Below the pieces are notes generated by a model that did not search any database, was not told where the DNA came from, and saw nothing but the letters and a program-made list of their open reading frames with translations. From positions 1 through 49,851 of the forward strand of contig KZ538746.1 of assembly GCA_000934665.2 (NCBI GenBank): a stretch of 49,851 nt of DNA, written 5' to 3'. Below are positions 47,250-49,851 of the stretch, in pieces (within the stretch, counting starts at the first letter, position 1; every line of letters starts with the position of its first letter). The DNA comes from Catajapyx aquilonaris. Lineage: Eukaryota. The position numbers and the translations under genes are program-made.

Positions 47250-47546
47250 GGGCAGCATGGTGGTCTAGCGGTTACGCCGCTGGCCAGCCAAGCAGGAGGC
47301 CGGGGTTCAAATCCCGTCCCCTGTCACCTCTGCTTGACCGGGTCTTTTTCCGATTTTCTCCCGACATGCCGGAGCAGAATTGCACTCCCTTCTCTGCTTG
47401 GGGCCAGGAGAAAAGGCCCGGTGTTAAAGAATGTCAGAAATGGCTATCGCTCAGCGCCCTCCCTTGGAAACTTCCCCTTCCCCCCTAAGAGGGCCACAAG
47501 CTCTATCACGGGGTAACAAAAAAAAAAAAAGAAGAAAAAAAAAAAA
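47250..47546 (+). mobile_element. tRNA-derived SINE, family E, copy 1
   Basis: A box tggtctagcgg, B box ggttcaaatcc, poly-A tail, TSD gcagatccagt (47239-47249, 47547-47557). Confidence 0.9.
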
Positions 47547-48554
47547 GCAGATCCAGTATAACTGACAGACTTTCATACAGCATGTTTTAGGTACTCGTAT
47601 ATGAGCTTCCTGCCTACGTTCAAATTTAAAGATGTTATTTTGCACCATTTAAAATGGCTGGATCGATTTAGAAAATATAGTGTATTAAGTTCACAATGTC
47701 CATTTTACTCCCATTAGTTTGATATATTACAACACAGGGTCGCAGATGTATTTTGCTGGTGGGGATATGTGTGAAGTACATGTTTTTGGGAAAATGTCAT
47801 TATCGACTGCACATCTTGCTTGGGTTTTGTAGGAAAAATCTTACACTGTCTGGTTTTTTGACATACACTCACTCATATAAGCATTCATATATTTTGAAGT
47901 CAGCTTCGAGCATCCTCTGATGCTTACTTAGCATGGAATGGCCCAGCTGTAATCCTTGAACTGTCACCCACAGCAGCAAAAAGAGATTTCCTTTTGTATA
48001 CGTACTGTACACCATACAGTCTCATATCAGTTCCACTGGCCTGTGACTCGAAGGGAGAAGGAGCATGAGTGGGTGGCTGGCTGGACAAGTCGACCATTAT
48101 GCTCTTCCTCTCTTCACCTTTCCCTCACTCCGTCCAAACGGAGAGTCCAAGACCTCTGTAAAAGCTGAATGTATGAAAGCAAATTAGGGAAAATCACCGA
48201 ATATGAATAGATATTCACAATACAAAAAGGGACTTCAATGAGGTTGCTCTCTGACTTCAGGAAATTTTCCAGAAAAGTTATGATTCATTGTTATCCACTC
48301 AATATTGTCAAGATTAATTTTTTGGGGGTCTTTTCCTGTCAAAAAATATTTCTAGACCGGTGGTTAAACTGTACAAATCAGACATGTCTTCCTTAATTTG
48401 CTATCATACAAACTGGCCTTAGTTCTGCAGGTCGGTGTCATCAATTTGCAGAAGACCTGTTGCGCCACCTGCAGGCCTATGAGTGGTATATCATAGCAGG
48501 AATTGCTCGATAACTTTTTACACTGTGTTAAGGCTCATGTAATAATGTATAAGT

Positions 48555-48918
48555 AAGGGAGGCATGGTGGTCTAGTGGTTACGCCACTGGCCAGCCAAGC
48601 GGGAGGCCAGGGTTCAAATCCGGCCCCATCACCTCTGCTTGGCCGGGTCTTTTTCCACTTCTCACCCGACATGCTGTAGCAGAATTGCACTACCTTCTCT
48701 GCTCGGGGTCAGGAGATAAGGCCTGGTGTTAAAGAATGACAGAAATGGCTATCACATGGCACCCTCCTTTGGGAACTTCCCCTTCCCCCCTAAGAGGGTC
48801 ATGGGTCCTATCATGGGGTAACAAAAAAAAATAAATGAATGAAAAATAATGATAAATAATAAATAATAATAATAATGATAAATAATAATTAATAATAATA
48901 ATAATAATAATGATAAAT

Positions 48919-48951
<33 letters not shown>
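48555..48951 (+). mobile_element. SINE family E, copy 2, with long (AAT)n tail
   Basis: Homologous to 47250-47546; TSD taataatgtataagt (48540-48554, 48952-48966). Confidence 0.88.
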
Positions 48952-48959
<8 letters not shown>

Positions 48960-49283
48960 TATAAGTTAAATGAGTTTTTATGAGTTAAATAATAATATAT
49001 AAGTTAAATGAGATTTGACGCTCGCCTTTGAGCAATTTTCAGAGTATAAGTTCGAAAAAATCCATAACCACAACACATGGTATGGTCGAGTGCTTCTTGT
49101 CTGGCTGGATTCATTAGACTACTGCAGTAATATAAGCAACACTCCACCTTATGACACCCTGTACTTATGGATTTTTTGCACTTCCCAGTCTAAAAATTCC
49201 ACTCTGCAAATGCCATGTCACACAGTCATATTAGTGGCTCTTCAGGATGCACAAAATTAACGTAATGCTATCCCTTTCATAAT

Positions 49284-49638
49284 GTTTTTTTTTCTTTCTT
49301 TTTTTTCATTACCCCACGGGGGGAGTTATGCTACTCCTTAGGGGGGGGGGGGGGGTTACCACCATTGGAATTTGATTTTGGAGCGAGTTTAAGAAGATCT
49401 TAATTAGTGTACTCCAAGGGTGGGTGGGAGGGGATGTGCAAAGTGCAAGTGCAATGTCTCTAATCGTCATTTTGTGAACTCTCCCGGGTGGCTTAGTCTA
49501 TCGGAAATTGCCACCCGAAACGAAGCCAGAGATGGCCCAACTCTGCACGAAAGAAGGTGGGAACCCCGGGTGGGGATTGAACCCAGGACCATAACTTCCG
49601 TGGGCGCGCGCGTTACCGCGGCGCCACTCCGTCTCCCC
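49284..49638 (-). mobile_element. SINE family A, copy 6 (divergent subfamily)
   Basis: Family head ggagacggagtggcgccgcggtaacgcgcgcgcccacgga; TSD ccctttcataat (49272-49283, 49639-49650). Confidence 0.88.
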
Positions 49639-49742
49639 CCCTTTCATAATATTAAGGCAGCTCATTAGCAAAAATACGGTAACAATCCGGAGCCCTTGGC
49701 GACGACCTAAACAAACTTGCTAATGCATGGGTAGCATACATG

Positions 49743-49851
49743 CAGAGGCGTACCTAGGGGGTGGCGAAATTGGCCCCCGCCAAGGGTGCAACCCGATGGG
49801 GGGCGCCGCGCCCCCTTCCGAAGATTCGGTACCAGCCCCCGGACACTCCCC
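49743..49851. mobile_element. Left end of a probable hAT MITE, cut by the window edge
   Basis: cagaggcgtacctaggggg start and GC-rich ggcgcc/gccccc subterminal motifs typical of hAT MITEs. Confidence 0.5.

Noticed and set aside
47250..47325. SINE heads as functional tRNA genes (also 9824, 19484, 32068, 48558)
   Set aside because: Acceptor and anticodon stems do not close, and they continue into SINE bodies, most with tails and TSDs
47868..48160. Possible minus-strand exon (ttttacag acceptor, gtaagc/gtgagt donors) with several in-frame TGA
   Set aside because: All three frames from the acceptor hit stops; no selenoprotein similarity or SECIS recognised; no partner exons identified

Overview
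Eukaryotic genomic DNA, probably from an arthropod (insect-like TMF1 motifs; mostly 55-71 nt introns alternating with multi-kb, repeat-filled introns). It holds (i) the last three coding exons of a netrin gene (+, NTR/C345C domain, stop at 6426), (ii) an intron-containing tRNA-Ile(TAT) (-, 11287-11378) lying divergently next to a CpG/YY1-type promoter, and (iii) a complete 17-coding-exon TMF1 (TATA element modulatory factor, golgin) gene (+, 14520-39006, 1280 aa by manual splice reconstruction). The rest is dense in non-autonomous transposons: at least five tRNA-derived SINE families with clean TSDs, and MITEs or relics resembling piggyBac, Kolobok, hAT/P, Harbinger, Sola, Merlin/MULE, Tc2/pogo and mariner. 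The most unusual observations concern the SINEs. One family has a conserved body but swapped 3' tails that keep a hairpin while changing sequence. One 3' stem-loop module is shared across unrelated SINE families. Both copies of a V-domain SINE are interrupted at the same TTAA by two different piggyBac-type MITEs. No prokaryotic features or CRISPR arrays were seen. Everything here comes from manual reading; no database searches were run.
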